Shown here: positions 8,880-18,511 of the stretch, in pieces | Layout: each line of letters starts with the position of its first letter | Numbering within the stretch: the stretch's first letter is position 1 | Source of the DNA: an uncultured Bacteriovorax sp. | Lineage (GTDB): Bacteria > Bdellovibrionota > UBA1018 | DNA length: 64,000 nucleotides | Assembly: GCA_964508305.1 (NCBI GenBank) | Contig: CAZDSX010000004.1 | Location: forward strand, 3,359-67,358 | Direction of reading: 5' to 3' | Program-made: the position numbers and the translations under genes | Notes under the pieces: generated by a model | Database searches by the model: none | What the model was told of the DNA's origin: nothing | Seen by the model: only the letters and a program-made list of their open reading frames with translations

Positions 8880-9725
8880 TCAGCCCCCCGTCCGGGCGCC
8901 CGCTTCGGGGTCGCTCTTCATCCACGAGCTCAGGCGCGAGATCAATCCGGACCGCGAGCGGCTCAGATCCAGCAGGGCCGTGAGGCTTCGCGAAAGTTCC
9001 TGCTCATTGAGGTTGGTCATCAGGCGGCCATTCTTGACGAGGTGGGCCTCACCGGCCTCCTCGGAAACCAGCACGACGATGGCGTCGGTATCCTCGGTGA
9101 TCCCGAGGGCTGCTCGATGGCGAGTGCCGTAACGCTTGTCGATGTTGGGATCCTTGGACAGCGGAAGGAAGCAGCCGGCGGCGGCAAGCCTTCCTGAGGT
9201 CACCATCACTGCACCATCGTGAAGTGGCGAGGTTTCGTGGAAGATGGAGTAAAGCATCTCGGCATTGACGCGAGCATCGATTCGCGAGCCGGTGTCGATA
9301 AAATTCTTGAGGCCGGTTTCGCGCTCGATCACGATCAGTGCGCCCACGCGCTCGCGTGCCAGCCGGGTTGCAGCACGTGAAATCTCGTCGACCATGGCGC
9401 GTTCTTCCTCTGCCGAAGACGACGAAAAGAACGGATTCTTCCCGACATGGGTCAGTGCCTTCCGGAGATCGTCCTGGAAAAGAACGATCACGATCAGGAT
9501 CAGGTAATCGAAAAAGTACGACAGGACCCAGTGCGTGGTGAAGAGCTCGAGAGCCGACGAAAGGAAGAAGCCGATCCCCAGGATGCCGAGACCCGTCAGC
9601 ATCTGCATCGCACGCGTCCCCTTGATGAGGAGGATCAGTCGATAAACGAGCAGCGCGACGATCCCGATGTCAAAGAGATCGCCGGGCCGCAAGCTGGCTC
9701 GAAGCTGTGCGAGAAGATCCGTCAC
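8880..9725 (-). CDS. cdaA: diadenylate cyclase CdaA (3 TM + DisA_N/DAC domain)
   Basis: DAC motifs GALIVIERETGL, DGAVMV and GTRHRAALG. Three N-terminal TM helices. The ORF track start (9866) would overlap ftsH by 133 nt, so the GTG at 9723-9725 (VTDLLAQL...) is proposed. Confidence 0.75.
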   Translation of the reverse strand: MTDLLAQLRASLRPGDLFDIGIVALLVYRLILLIKGTRAMQMLTGLGILGIGFFLSSALELFTTHWVLSYFFDYLILIVIVLFQDDLRKALTHVGKNPFFSSSSAEEERAMVDEISRAATRLARERVGALIVIERETGLKNFIDTGSRIDARVNAEMLYSIFHETSPLHDGAVMVTSGRLAAAGCFLPLSKDPNIDKRYGTRHRAALGITEDTDAIVVLVSEEAGEAHLVKNGRLMTNLNEQELSRSLTALLDLSRSRSGLISRLSSWMKSDPEAGARTGG

Positions 9726-9732
9726 TTCGAGG

Positions 9733-11637
9733 TCACGCTGGCTGGAAGCCGGGGTTGGAGGCCGGGGCCGTGCCGGTCGGAGTGCCCTCGTCAGGCGTCT
9801 CGGTCGGCGTCGGCTTGGCGCGGACGATCTTTTGTCCCTGCACGATCTGCTCGACTTCGGCACCATCGACGGTCTCGAACTCCAAGAGCGCTTCGGCCAG
9901 GTTGTGGAGGACCTGGATGTTCGTGCTCAGGATCTCGCGTGCACGACGGTAGTTCCGGTCGACGATGTCGCGCACTTCGCGATCGATCGTCTGTGCGGTC
10001 TGTTCTGAGTAGTCACGGTGCTGGGAAATATCCCTGCCAAGGAAGATCTGCTCCTCCTTCTGTCCAAAGGCGAGAGGCCCGAGGACGTCACTCATTCCCC
10101 ATTCGCAGACCATGCGACGGGCGATCTCGGTGGCCCGCTCGATGTCATTGCCGGCGCCAGTGGTCTTCTGCTTGAGGACCAGTTCTTCTGCGATGCGCCC
10201 GCCCATCAGGAAGGCGATGTTGTTTTCTGCCTTGTCCTTGGAAAGCGATACCGTGTCTTCGTTGGGAAGGGTCATCGTCACGCCGAGAGCCCTGCCGCGC
10301 GGGATGATCGTCACCTTGTGGATCGGATCGGTGCCCGGGATGTACTTGCCGACGAGCGCGTGCCCGGCTTCATGGTAGGCCGTTGTCCGGCGATCGATCT
10401 CGGTGAGCACCATGCTCTTGCGTTCGACCCCCATGATGACCTTGTCCTTGGCGTGCTCGAAATCGATCATCTCGAGCATCTTCTTGTTGATGCGTGCTGC
10501 AAGCAGCGCCGCCTCATTCACGAGATTTTCGAGGTCGGCACCCGAGAATCCCGGAGTACCCTTGGCGATGATCGAAAGGTCCACGCCCGGGCCCATCGGG
10601 GTCTTCTTGGTGTGGACTCGGAGGATCTCTTCGCGGCCGCGGACATCTGGCGGCGGAACCACCACGCGGCGGTCAAAGCGACCCGGACGCATGAGGGCCG
10701 GGTCGAGGACGTCGGGGCGGTTGGTTGCCGCGATGAGGATCACGCCGTCGTTGGATTCAAACCCGTCCATCTCGACGAGCAGCTGGTTGAGGGTCTGTTC
10801 ACGCTCATCGTGGCCTCCGCCCAGGCCTGCACCACGGTGGCGGCCGACGGCGTCGATTTCGTCGATGAAAATGATGCAGGGTGCGTGCTTCTTGCCCTGT
10901 TCAAAAAGATCGCGCACGCGAGAGGCGCCCACGCCAACGAACATTTCAACAAAGTCCGAACCGGAGATTGAAAAGAAAGGCACACCCGCTTCGCCTGCGA
11001 TGGCCTTGGCAAGCAGGGTCTTGCCCGTGCCCGGGCTGCCCATCAGGAGCACGCCCTTGGGGATGCGGCCGCCGAGTCGCGTGAACTTCTTTGGGTCCTT
11101 CAGAAACTCGATGATCTCCTCGAGCTCCTGCTTGGCTTCCTCGACGCCGGCGACGTCCTTGAATGTCACCTTGTTGCTCGATTCGTTGAGCAGGCGGGCC
11201 TTGCTCTTGCCAAAAGACATGGCCTTGCCCCCGCCCACCTGGATCTGGCGCATGAAGACAAAGAAAAAGACGAAGAGAAGCAGCACCGGGAACCACGAGA
11301 TCAGCGCCTGCTGCCAGACGGGCGTCTTTTCCTGGCGTTCGTAGTTCGGGATGATGTTGTTCTTCTCGAGGATCTCAAAGACCTTGGAGTTCGAAGTATC
11401 GCCGACCGTTTCGAAGAACTTTGGGCTGCCCGCCTGCGGCTCCTTGTAGGAACCGACGATCAGGTTGTCGGACTTGAAGGTGACTTCACCCACCTTGCCA
11501 TCCTTGAGCAGCTGAACGAACTCACTGAACTTGATGTCCTTCCTGCCGCGGGCTCCCGGATCAAAAGCCTTGAAAAGGCTGGCAAACAGAACAATCAGGA
11601 CCAGCCAGAGAGCCACCGTCTTGTGGGAAGATTTCAT
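9733..11637 (-). CDS. ftsH: ATP-dependent zinc metalloprotease FtsH
   Basis: AAA+ Walker A GPPGTGKT, SRH region, HEAGHA zinc-binding motif, two N-terminal TM helices. Confidence 0.95.
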   Translation of the reverse strand: MKSSHKTVALWLVLIVLFASLFKAFDPGARGRKDIKFSEFVQLLKDGKVGEVTFKSDNLIVGSYKEPQAGSPKFFETVGDTSNSKVFEILEKNNIIPNYERQEKTPVWQQALISWFPVLLLFVFFFVFMRQIQVGGGKAMSFGKSKARLLNESSNKVTFKDVAGVEEAKQELEEIIEFLKDPKKFTRLGGRIPKGVLLMGSPGTGKTLLAKAIAGEAGVPFFSISGSDFVEMFVGVGASRVRDLFEQGKKHAPCIIFIDEIDAVGRHRGAGLGGGHDEREQTLNQLLVEMDGFESNDGVILIAATNRPDVLDPALMRPGRFDRRVVVPPPDVRGREEILRVHTKKTPMGPGVDLSIIAKGTPGFSGADLENLVNEAALLAARINKKMLEMIDFEHAKDKVIMGVERKSMVLTEIDRRTTAYHEAGHALVGKYIPGTDPIHKVTIIPRGRALGVTMTLPNEDTVSLSKDKAENNIAFLMGGRIAEELVLKQKTTGAGNDIERATEIARRMVCEWGMSDVLGPLAFGQKEEQIFLGRDISQHRDYSEQTAQTIDREVRDIVDRNYRRAREILSTNIQVLHNLAEALLEFETVDGAEVEQIVQGQKIVRAKPTPTETPDEGTPTGTAPASNPGFQPA

Positions 11638-11701
11638 AGGTAAAAACTAGCATGCGCCCAGTTCGAGGGCAAACCGGCGAGAGAGACTAAACTGACCCAA
11701 G

Positions 11702-12625
11702 TTACTCAAGAATCCAGCGGCTTTTGCCCGTTTCGCTCAACCATTCATGCGTCAACTTCCGGCCGCCCTCGATGTCGAGCGAGCGGGTCTGCTGCAGCTC
11801 CCTGGCCTCGGCGAGCGCTTCCCAGTGGGCCCGCCTCACGCGGACCCCCTCGCCGCCGAGCACCCCGGCCAGGATCGAGGTTTCGTCCGACCCCTCGGCC
11901 GGTGTCGCGACCCTCAGAGCCGCATCACTGAGGTGCTCGACCCATCGGGGAAACAGTGCATCGAGCCTGGGGCTCAGTTCGGCACGGATCCTTCCCCTAA
12001 GGAGTCGAAGATCTGAGTTGCTGGAATCCTCCCGCCAGCCCATTCCCTCTTCGGCCAGGAAGTCGCGAAGCTCCTGTCGGCGAGTCGTGAGGGCGAGCCT
12101 GACCTCGGATCCCTCCCGGAAACGGATTCCTGCTCCGTGGGTCTGGGATGCACCAGTCATCAAGCGCCAGAGAAGGGTTTCGGCCAGGTCATCGGCATGG
12201 TGGCCGGTGAGCAGGATGGAACCGGGACCATGCGCATGCAGCTGTTTGGCAAAGAAGTCCTTCCGCTCTGCCCGCGCAGCCCCCTCTGGGGAGACTCCAG
12301 CGCCGGCCCGGCCCTGGGAAGATCGACCTACGTGCACCGGAATACCGAGCTTTCGCCCGAGTTGCAGTACTGCAGCCTCATCCCCATCGCTCTCGTCTCC
12401 TCGCCACCCATGGTTAAAGTGCAGCAAGCCCGAGACTTTCCCTAGTCGCTGTCCGTAGACCGTCACAAGTTGCGCGATCGCGGTTGAGTCCGCCCCGCCT
12501 GAGCAGGCGCAAAGGATCTGCGAAGCTAAAAGATTGGGCTCATGATCACGAGCAAAGGAGATCCAGCGACGGATGAGGGTGCCGCCGACTTGGCCCGGGA
12601 CAGGTTTGTGTGAATGGTCCTGCAT
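11702..12625 (-). CDS. tilS: tRNA(Ile)-lysidine synthetase TilS
   Basis: PP-loop CSGGADS and TGHHADDLAETLL motif. Immediately upstream of ftsH, the usual tilS-(hpt)-ftsH arrangement with hpt absent. Confidence 0.85.
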   Translation of the reverse strand: MQDHSHKPVPGQVGGTLIRRWISFARDHEPNLLASQILCACSGGADSTAIAQLVTVYGQRLGKVSGLLHFNHGWRGDESDGDEAAVLQLGRKLGIPVHVGRSSQGRAGAGVSPEGAARAERKDFFAKQLHAHGPGSILLTGHHADDLAETLLWRLMTGASQTHGAGIRFREGSEVRLALTTRRQELRDFLAEEGMGWREDSSNSDLRLLRGRIRAELSPRLDALFPRWVEHLSDAALRVATPAEGSDETSILAGVLGGEGVRVRRAHWEALAEARELQQTRSLDIEGGRKLTHEWLSETGKSRWILE

Positions 12626-12694
12626 GGAATCAGGGTGATCAGTTCTTGACCCGATGACGCCCCTAGTTTAGCTTGGCGCCTCGATTCGGGGTAC

Positions 12695-12771
12695 GGCTGG
12701 GTAGCTCAGATGGTTAGAGCGGCGGATTCATAACCCGCAGGTCGGCAGTTCGATCCTGCCCTCAGCCACCA
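12695..12771 (+). tRNA. tRNA with CAU anticodon (elongator Met or lysidine-modified Ile2), CCA encoded
   Basis: Cloverleaf folded by hand: acceptor GGCTGGG/CTCAGCC with one G-U pair; D-arm GCTC-AGATGGTTA-GAGC; anticodon arm GCGGA-TTCATAA-CCCGC with a 31:39 A-C mismatch; T-arm GGCAG-TTCGATC-CTGCC; discriminator A. G1-C72 is paired, so it is not an initiator tRNA. Confidence 0.85.
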
Positions 12772-12791
12772 TCCCCCACTCTCGCTTCAGC

Positions 12792-13035
12792 CTAGAAGCA
12801 TCCCACCCACTTGGTGGTTTTTTGAGCACAAAAAGGGGCTTCCTGAACCTTGATGGCCTTCACGGGCGGAAGCTCGGAGGCGTACTGGTAGCCACCCCGG
12901 CCAACGGATGAAGTGACCACTTCAAACAGGAACCAGCCCACATACCCGGCCGCGACCAAGCCGCCCAGTATTGCTGGAATCACGGCGATGACGGGAATGC
13001 GGGGAATCGGGAACGGAAGCTTGCTCTGGCTCATA
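12792..13035 (-). CDS. small membrane protein (1 TM, ~80 aa), hypothetical
   Basis: Start MSQSKLPFPI preceded by AGGA. Hydrophobic helix IPVIAVIPAILGGLVAAGYVGWFLF. Divergent from yhhQ. Confidence 0.45.
12803..12823 (+). terminator. rho-independent terminator after the tRNA (CCACC-cactt-GGTGG-TTTTTT)
   Basis: 5-bp GC stem plus a T6 tract ~35 nt downstream of the tRNA 3' end. It overlaps the last codons of the convergent small ORF. Confidence 0.5.
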
Positions 13036-13092
13036 TGTCGCCATCCTATTTCAATTTGAGAAAGCGCACAACACCGCGCTAGCATCCGCATC

Positions 13093-13773
13093 ATGCAGAC
13101 GCGGACCTACAAGTACTACGACCTGGTGATGGCGGCCTTCGTGACCGTGCTGCTTTGCTCCAACTTGATTGGAGCTTCGAAAATCACGACCGTCGGTGGG
13201 TTTACCTTTGGCGCCGGGATCTTCTTTTTTCCGGTGAGTTATATTTTTGGCGACATCCTGACCGAAGTCTACGGGTATGCCAGGGCCCGCAAGGTGGTCT
13301 GGGCCGGATTTACGGCCATGGCTTTTGCGTCATTCATGGCTTGGTTTGTCGTGGGCCTGCCTCCAGCCGAGGGCTACGCCAATCAGGAGGCGCTTGAAAA
13401 GATCCTGGGAGGAACTCCAAGGATTGCCGGGGCCTCCCTGGTCGCCTTTTTTTGCGGGGAGTTTTGCAACTCCCTCACGCTCGCCAAGATGAAAATCTGG
13501 ACCAATGGCAAGAAGCTCTGGGCTCGTACCATTGGCTCGACCGTCGTGGGTGAGGCAGTGGATTCCCTGATCTTCTATCCGCTCGCATTCCTGGGGATCT
13601 GGGAGACCGCCCTCGTGCTCAAGGTCATGCTCAGCAACTACCTGCTCAAGGTCCTCTGGGAAGTGATCAACACTCCGCTCACCTACCAGGCCGTAAAGTT
13701 CCTCAAGAAGGCAGAGAACGAGGATTTTTACGACCGCGGAACCGACTTCACCCCATTCTCCCTGGAGACATGA
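13093..13773 (+). CDS. yhhQ: queuosine precursor transporter (YhhQ/DUF165 family)
   Basis: Hallmark FPVSYIFGDILTEVYGY motif and multi-TM profile. Confidence 0.8.
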   Translation: MQTRTYKYYDLVMAAFVTVLLCSNLIGASKITTVGGFTFGAGIFFFPVSYIFGDILTEVYGYARARKVVWAGFTAMAFASFMAWFVVGLPPAEGYANQEALEKILGGTPRIAGASLVAFFCGEFCNSLTLAKMKIWTNGKKLWARTIGSTVVGEAVDSLIFYPLAFLGIWETALVLKVMLSNYLLKVLWEVINTPLTYQAVKFLKKAENEDFYDRGTDFTPFSLET

Positions 13774-13875
13774 TGCCACTTGAAAAACACGGGACTTGTC
13801 GCTAGTTTGCCCGGCGAACCGGAGCCCTCCCCGTCGGGCGGGCAACTTCCGGTGATTAAGGAGTCAATCTAGACA

Positions 13876-14166
13876 ATGGCAAATACTCGTAAATCAACCA
13901 AGCGCGCAGTCCAGGCAAAAGCACGCCAGGATCGCAACACCATGGTTCGCAGCTCGACCCGTACCGCCGTCAAGGCAGTCGTCGAAGCAATCAAGACCAA
14001 GGATGCAACCAAGGTGAAGGAAGCCTACTCACAGGCCGTCAAGGCCCTCAGCAAGGCGGCAAGCAAGGGAGCCATCCCCAAGGGCCGCGCCTCCCGCAAG
14101 ATCGGCCGCCTGACCCACTTCCTCAAGAAGACGGTCCCGGCAGCTGTCGGCGGCAAGACGAAGTAA
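13876..14166 (+). CDS. rpsT: 30S ribosomal protein S20
   Basis: MANTRKSTKRAVQAKARQDRN... basic alpha-helical S20-like sequence, 96 aa. RBS AAGGAG at 13858-13863. Confidence 0.9.
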   Translation: MANTRKSTKRAVQAKARQDRNTMVRSSTRTAVKAVVEAIKTKDATKVKEAYSQAVKALSKAASKGAIPKGRASRKIGRLTHFLKKTVPAAVGGKTK

Positions 14167-14181
14167 GCTTTTTTGCCGCCT

Positions 14182-15150
14182 CTAGCGGCAGAACTGATGA
14201 ATCAGCACACCCCAGAGGGCCAATGGCTCCTGGGGTGTTTGCTTTACGGCGAAATCGAGGTCAAAGAGTGCCGCCTGCAGCTCCTGGATCTCGTCCTGCT
14301 GCCAGATTCCGAGCGCGCGACGGAGCTTGCCCTCGACAAAGGGTGGAATCCGGACAGACCGCGAGCGGGCGGCCAAAAGCCCAAGCATGCGAACATTCCA
14401 GCTCAACAGGCCCAGCAGCGGGAGGGAAAGCTCGGGTTTTGCCGCCAGGGTCTCAGCATGGGCGAGAGCCAACGTCAGGCTGCGCCTTTCGAGAAATGCG
14501 TGAATGAAGGCATCGCCTGCGCCCAGCGAGCCATCCGCACCCCCGACCATGACTTCCATCCCTGAGCCGGGCTGCGCCTGCTCGGAGAGCTCCCACTTGG
14601 CGACCTCGTTTTGGACCCAGTCGAGGCTCCAAGGCTCGCTCCGCACCAGGAGCTCCAACGGAAGCGCTTCGGGCCTGATTCCCCTTGCCTGCGCGAGATG
14701 CCTCACCCAGGCCTCGCGCTGGTCCTCAGGAACGGCTTCGCACCCCACGACCGCGGCCTTTTCCACGAGGAGCTTTGAAAACTTGCGTCGCCCGTCGAGG
14801 TCTTTTGAAAGAAAGATCACGCACCACGGAAGATCGGAGGCGGCCTGCCTGGGGCCCAAAAGTTCGGCCATCTGGTCCGGCTCCTTGATGAGGTGGGCCT
14901 CCCGCACCCAAACAATGCGCGTTCCGCCCCCCAGCGGAATGGACTGCGCCGAGGCCACCACGTCCTGTGCCGAGGACTGGGCTCCCTCGATTCGATCCTC
15001 GCACCAGCTTCGATCGCCCACGAGAGTCCGGGCCAGGAGCGCGCTGACTTCCCTGACGCGGTAGGCCTCCTCTCCGTGCACCCAATACACGGGCCAGGCC
15101 TGGCCCTGCTTGAGTTCCTGCTGGAGTTGCTTGGGTTCGAGCCTCATCAA
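14182..15150 (-). CDS. holA: DNA polymerase III subunit delta
   Basis: Size and position (lptE-holA, rpsT adjacent) plus a delta-like N-terminal domain (VYWVHGEEAY...). The family assignment rests on context and weak similarity. Confidence 0.6.
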   Translation of the reverse strand: MMRLEPKQLQQELKQGQAWPVYWVHGEEAYRVREVSALLARTLVGDRSWCEDRIEGAQSSAQDVVASAQSIPLGGGTRIVWVREAHLIKEPDQMAELLGPRQAASDLPWCVIFLSKDLDGRRKFSKLLVEKAAVVGCEAVPEDQREAWVRHLAQARGIRPEALPLELLVRSEPWSLDWVQNEVAKWELSEQAQPGSGMEVMVGGADGSLGAGDAFIHAFLERRSLTLALAHAETLAAKPELSLPLLGLLSWNVRMLGLLAARSRSVRIPPFVEGKLRRALGIWQQDEIQELQAALFDLDFAVKQTPQEPLALWGVLIHQFCR

Positions 15151-15761
15151 AAGTCCTGCATCATGGCGTTTCGCACGTCGCCCATCATGTCACCCGAGAC
15201 TTCCACCAGCGCGCGCTCAAATTCGCTCTCATTGATGAGAGCGCCGGTGCTGCCGAGCGGGCCTACCTGGCTGTTTGCGGGAAACGGACGCGCCCTGGAA
15301 AAGGTCCCGCTCCAGATCTCGCTCCTCCTGCCCGCGCTCCTGAGGGAGAACTGGCAGTCGAGACGTGCCTGGTACTCCGAAGCCACGAGCAGCTGCGCCG
15401 ATCCGACTTGCTTGGGGTTGAGATCCGAGGCCTTGATCTCACCCGAGACCGTTCGCTCTGCAATCAGCACGACCCCCTCCATCTCTGCGTCGGCGAGCTC
15501 GGGAGAGTTCACGGGACGCACTCCGGGAGTGGAGCTCAACATGCGGACCAACTGTGAATACACGGCGTTTTCAACCGCCGGCCGGAGGGTCTGGTTGCGC
15601 ACGGGATGGATGTAGATGCGCGACACGCCCGCAGCCTGCAGCCGGGATGCCGTCCGGGAGGTCCTGAGCGAATAGCCGCATCCGGGAAGAAGAAAGCTGG
15701 CCGCGAATCCCAGCGCGAGCAGGCGCCGGAACGCAGGAGTAGGACTGGATAAACTCCCCAT
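15147..15761 (-). CDS. lptE: LPS-assembly lipoprotein LptE
   Basis: Lipoprotein signal ...SFLLPGCGYSLR matches the LptE N-terminal signature GCG[WY]xLR. ATGA overlap with holA. Start set at MGSLSS (15761). Confidence 0.65.
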   Translation of the reverse strand: MGSLSSPTPAFRRLLALGFAASFLLPGCGYSLRTSRTASRLQAAGVSRIYIHPVRNQTLRPAVENAVYSQLVRMLSSTPGVRPVNSPELADAEMEGVVLIAERTVSGEIKASDLNPKQVGSAQLLVASEYQARLDCQFSLRSAGRRSEIWSGTFSRARPFPANSQVGPLGSTGALINESEFERALVEVSGDMMGDVRNAMMQDF

Positions 15762-15809
15762 GGATCTCTCGATAGCAGAGAAGCCGGGCCCTGTGGTACC
15801 CGAGAATCC

Positions 15810-16205
15810 ATGGATTTTAGAAAGATTGGCGACCTTCTGAGGGGTACCGCCCTGCCGGAGACCTTCAGGTCGAGACTGAAGGAAGCCGAGGCGGTTTCGA
15901 GGTGGGAAATCGCCGTGGGTCCCACGATCGCCAAGTACGCGCAGGCCATTCGGGTCGAAGCCGGCGTATTGCATGTCGAAGTCGGACACCCCATGTGGCG
16001 CTCGGAGCTGCATCATCGCAGGCGCCAGATCCTCGAAATCCTCAACTCAGGGGTGACTTCCGAAGACGCCGTCCTCAAGGACCTTCACTTTGTGGACCCA
16101 AAGAGGTTGTACGCAACGCTCAAGAGCCAGAACAGCAGCACAGCCCAGAACCAGGCCGGCGCCCTTCCAAAAAAGTCCAAAAGCAGGGATCCCGGTCCCG
16201 GTTGA
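15810..16205 (+). CDS. DUF721/DciA-like protein (putative replicative helicase loader family)
   Basis: Pattern IGDLL...W..AVGP.IA......V..GVL.V.V....W..EL......IL..LN is typical of DUF721 domains. Confidence 0.55.
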   Translation: MDFRKIGDLLRGTALPETFRSRLKEAEAVSRWEIAVGPTIAKYAQAIRVEAGVLHVEVGHPMWRSELHHRRRQILEILNSGVTSEDAVLKDLHFVDPKRLYATLKSQNSSTAQNQAGALPKKSKSRDPGPG

Positions 16206-16540
16206 TGGCCCAGGTCCTGCCGGATGCTTGCCGCAGCCGCCGGCGGCTGCTCCTGCACTGAGGTCGTCGCAGTAGCCGTGATCTCGTCGGTTTCGTCCTC
16301 GGCAATCGTGGCGGTTCCGCCCGAGTCTCCGTCCCTGCGCACCTGTGACCACGAGATGCCGAGCTGCTTGTGGAGTTCCTCGGATTCGTGGAACGAGAAC
16401 CAATAACCATTCTCCGCGCAGGCCTCGTCGCCCAGCTCCACCGCCCCCTCGCGGATCCGCCGCAGGACATCGTTGCGTCCCATCGGTCCGATGAGATCGA
16501 AGCGATCCTTGCGGTTGATGCGAAGGAGCCAACGGGTCAT
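16085..16540 (-). CDS. DUF4339 (GYF-like) domain protein with C-terminal TM anchor
   Basis: N-terminal WLLRINRKDRFDLIGPMGRNDVLRRIREGAV...GYWFSFHESEEL resembles the DUF4339 fold. C-terminal helix WFWAVLLFWLLSVAYNLF. Overlaps the convergent DUF721 ORF by ~120 nt. Confidence 0.5.
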   Translation of the reverse strand: MTRWLLRINRKDRFDLIGPMGRNDVLRRIREGAVELGDEACAENGYWFSFHESEELHKQLGISWSQVRRDGDSGGTATIAEDETDEITATATTSVQEQPPAAAASIRQDLGHQPGPGSLLLDFFGRAPAWFWAVLLFWLLSVAYNLFGSTK

Positions 16541-17307
16541 TGCAGGACCTCGAAGCTCTTCTTGTCTGCATCAAGGAACCGTCGAATCACCTCGTGGTCG
16601 GTCTTCTTGAACTCTTCGGGTGATCCCCAGAAGGCAAAACGCCCTTCATGAAGAAAAGCAATCTGATCCGCAAGGCGCAATGCGGAGGGAATGTCATGGC
16701 TGATCACAAGCGACGTGAGCTTGAGCTCGCGTTTGAGCGTCTCGATCAACTCATCAACCGTGACGCGAGTGACGGGATCGAGACCCGTGGTGGGCTCGTC
16801 GTAAAGGAGGATCTCAGGCTCCCTGATGATGGCCCTCGCAAGGGCCACTCGCTTCTTCATCCCGCCCGAGAGCTCGTTCGGATACTTGTCATAGCCCTTG
16901 GCGATCCCAAGGATCCTCAGGCTGTTCATGACCTTGGTCTCGATCTGCTCCTCGGTGAGCCGGGTGTGCTCCCGCAGCGGAAAAGCCACGTTTTCGAAGA
17001 TCGTCATGTCATCGAACAGCGCGCTGTTCTGGAAGAGCATCCCGAAGACCTTGCGGTGCTCGGCGAGCTCGCGCCCCTGCAGTTCGGACATGTTCCGGCC
17101 ACTGACCCAGACCTCGCCCGAGTCGGGACGAAGGAGCCCGAGGATGTGCTTGAGCGTGACGGACTTGCCCACTCCCGAGGGGCCGAGGATGTAGGTCAGC
17201 TTCCCTTTCGGAAAATCCACCGTCAGGCCGTTGAGCACGGTATCGCGCCCTCCTCGAAAGGCCTTCCTGACATTCTTGAAACGGATGGTTCCTGCGGTTT
17301 CAGACAT
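16537..17307 (-). CDS. ABC transporter ATP-binding protein (MlaF/Ttg2A-like)
   Basis: Walker A GPSGVGKS, signature LSGGMKKRVALARAI, Walker B ILLYDEP, H-loop. Confidence 0.85.
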   Translation of the reverse strand: MSETAGTIRFKNVRKAFRGGRDTVLNGLTVDFPKGKLTYILGPSGVGKSVTLKHILGLLRPDSGEVWVSGRNMSELQGRELAEHRKVFGMLFQNSALFDDMTIFENVAFPLREHTRLTEEQIETKVMNSLRILGIAKGYDKYPNELSGGMKKRVALARAIIREPEILLYDEPTTGLDPVTRVTVDELIETLKRELKLTSLVISHDIPSALRLADQIAFLHEGRFAFWGSPEEFKKTDHEVIRRFLDADKKSFEVLQ

Positions 17308-18511
17308 AGATTCGTTTTACCCTCGCTCCAACCGAAGTCAAAATCTCATAAGGAATCGTGCCGGCGGCCTCGGCCTGTTTCCAGGGATCGATCCCGCCGC
17401 CGAAGACTGTCGCCCTGTCGCCTGCGCGGACTGACGAAGGCGCCTCGACGCCCGTGAGGTCCATCGAGACGGTGCCCGCAAACATGCATCGCCGCCCCTT
17501 GAGGATCACGCGGGCTGCAGATCCCGGAGCACCCCAGATTCGAGACACCCCATCCGCATAGCCCATTCCCAGCACGGCAATCCGGCGCGTGGAAGCTGCC
17601 ACGTACTTCGCCCCGTAGCCCACGGTCTCACCGCGATCCACTTGGCGGGTCATGCAAACGATCCCGCCAAAATCCATGACGGGGCGAAGCCCGCGTCCAG
17701 CTGCCTGCGGATAGGGCGGAACACCGTACAGGGACAACCCCGGCCGGGCGATCGAAGTTAGGCCTTGAAGCCCCCACTGCCGCAACCCCCAGATCCCGGA
17801 ACTGTTGGCCAGGTGAAAGCGGGTCACTCCTCCGGTGACGCCCGAAAGAGCGCCGACGATCTCGCGAAACTGACTGATCTGCTGCCGACTCAATCGCGAC
17901 CCAGGCAGCTCGCCCTGCGCAAGATGCGAGAGGATGCCGCTCGGAAGCCGGCTGCGATCAGCGAACCCGGCCAGTGCATCCCGGATTGAATGAAGTTCCG
18001 ACACGTTGATCCCCAGACGGTTCATGCCCGTGTTGAACTTGAGCTCATAAGGGATGCGACCGAGCCACCTTGAACGACTGAAACGAAGCCAATCCTCGCG
18101 ACTTGCGATGACGGGAGTGATTCCAAACCGGGCGCACGCCTCCCCGACGGAGTCACTCCAGGGCCCCGCCCCCGAGAAGGCGATCACCCGCACGCGTGCA
18201 CCCCGGGAGCCCAGGGACTCACGGAGCGCAATCGCCTCGTCCATTGTTGCGACTCCGAGTCCGGCGAGCCTTTTCCTTGTCGCTGCATCCGCAACCAGTG
18301 TCCTTGCAGCCCACTCGGCACCATGGCCGTAGGCATCGGCCTTGACCATGGGAATGAGATCCTGGCCCTGCGCCTCCCGCGCAAGGACCTGGAAGTTGGA
18401 GAGCAGCGCGGAGCGGCTGCAGATGGCTGACGCCCTAGGCGTTGAGCTGCGGGGGCGCGGGCCTGAGGATCGCATGGTGGTACCTGCCAGCTTGGGCAAG
18501 GAGGCGTTCAA
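17300..18511 (-). CDS. alr: alanine racemase
   Basis: PLP motif MVKADAYGHG and C-terminal racemase domain. The N-terminal ~35 aa are Ser/Arg/Pro-rich and a later start is possible. Confidence 0.75.
   Translation of the reverse strand: MNASLPKLAGTTMRSSGPRPRSSTPRASAICSRSALLSNFQVLAREAQGQDLIPMVKADAYGHGAEWAARTLVADAATRKRLAGLGVATMDEAIALRESLGSRGARVRVIAFSGAGPWSDSVGEACARFGITPVIASREDWLRFSRSRWLGRIPYELKFNTGMNRLGINVSELHSIRDALAGFADRSRLPSGILSHLAQGELPGSRLSRQQISQFREIVGALSGVTGGVTRFHLANSSGIWGLRQWGLQGLTSIARPGLSLYGVPPYPQAAGRGLRPVMDFGGIVCMTRQVDRGETVGYGAKYVAASTRRIAVLGMGYADGVSRIWGAPGSAARVILKGRRCMFAGTVSMDLTGVEAPSSVRAGDRATVFGGGIDPWKQAEAAGTIPYEILTSVGARVKRIYV

Noticed and set aside
10018-11344. Long plus-strand ORFs (317 and 313 aa)
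   Set aside because: Antisense to ftsH. No motifs. Composition typical of shadow frames.
13041-13092. Possible preQ1 riboswitch in the yhhQ 5' leader (hairpin AGCGC-ACAACACC-GCGCT)
   Set aside because: YhhQ genes are often preQ1-regulated. This hairpin lacks the conserved loop nucleotides and the A-rich 3' tail needed for the preQ1-I pseudoknot, and is too short for class II/III.
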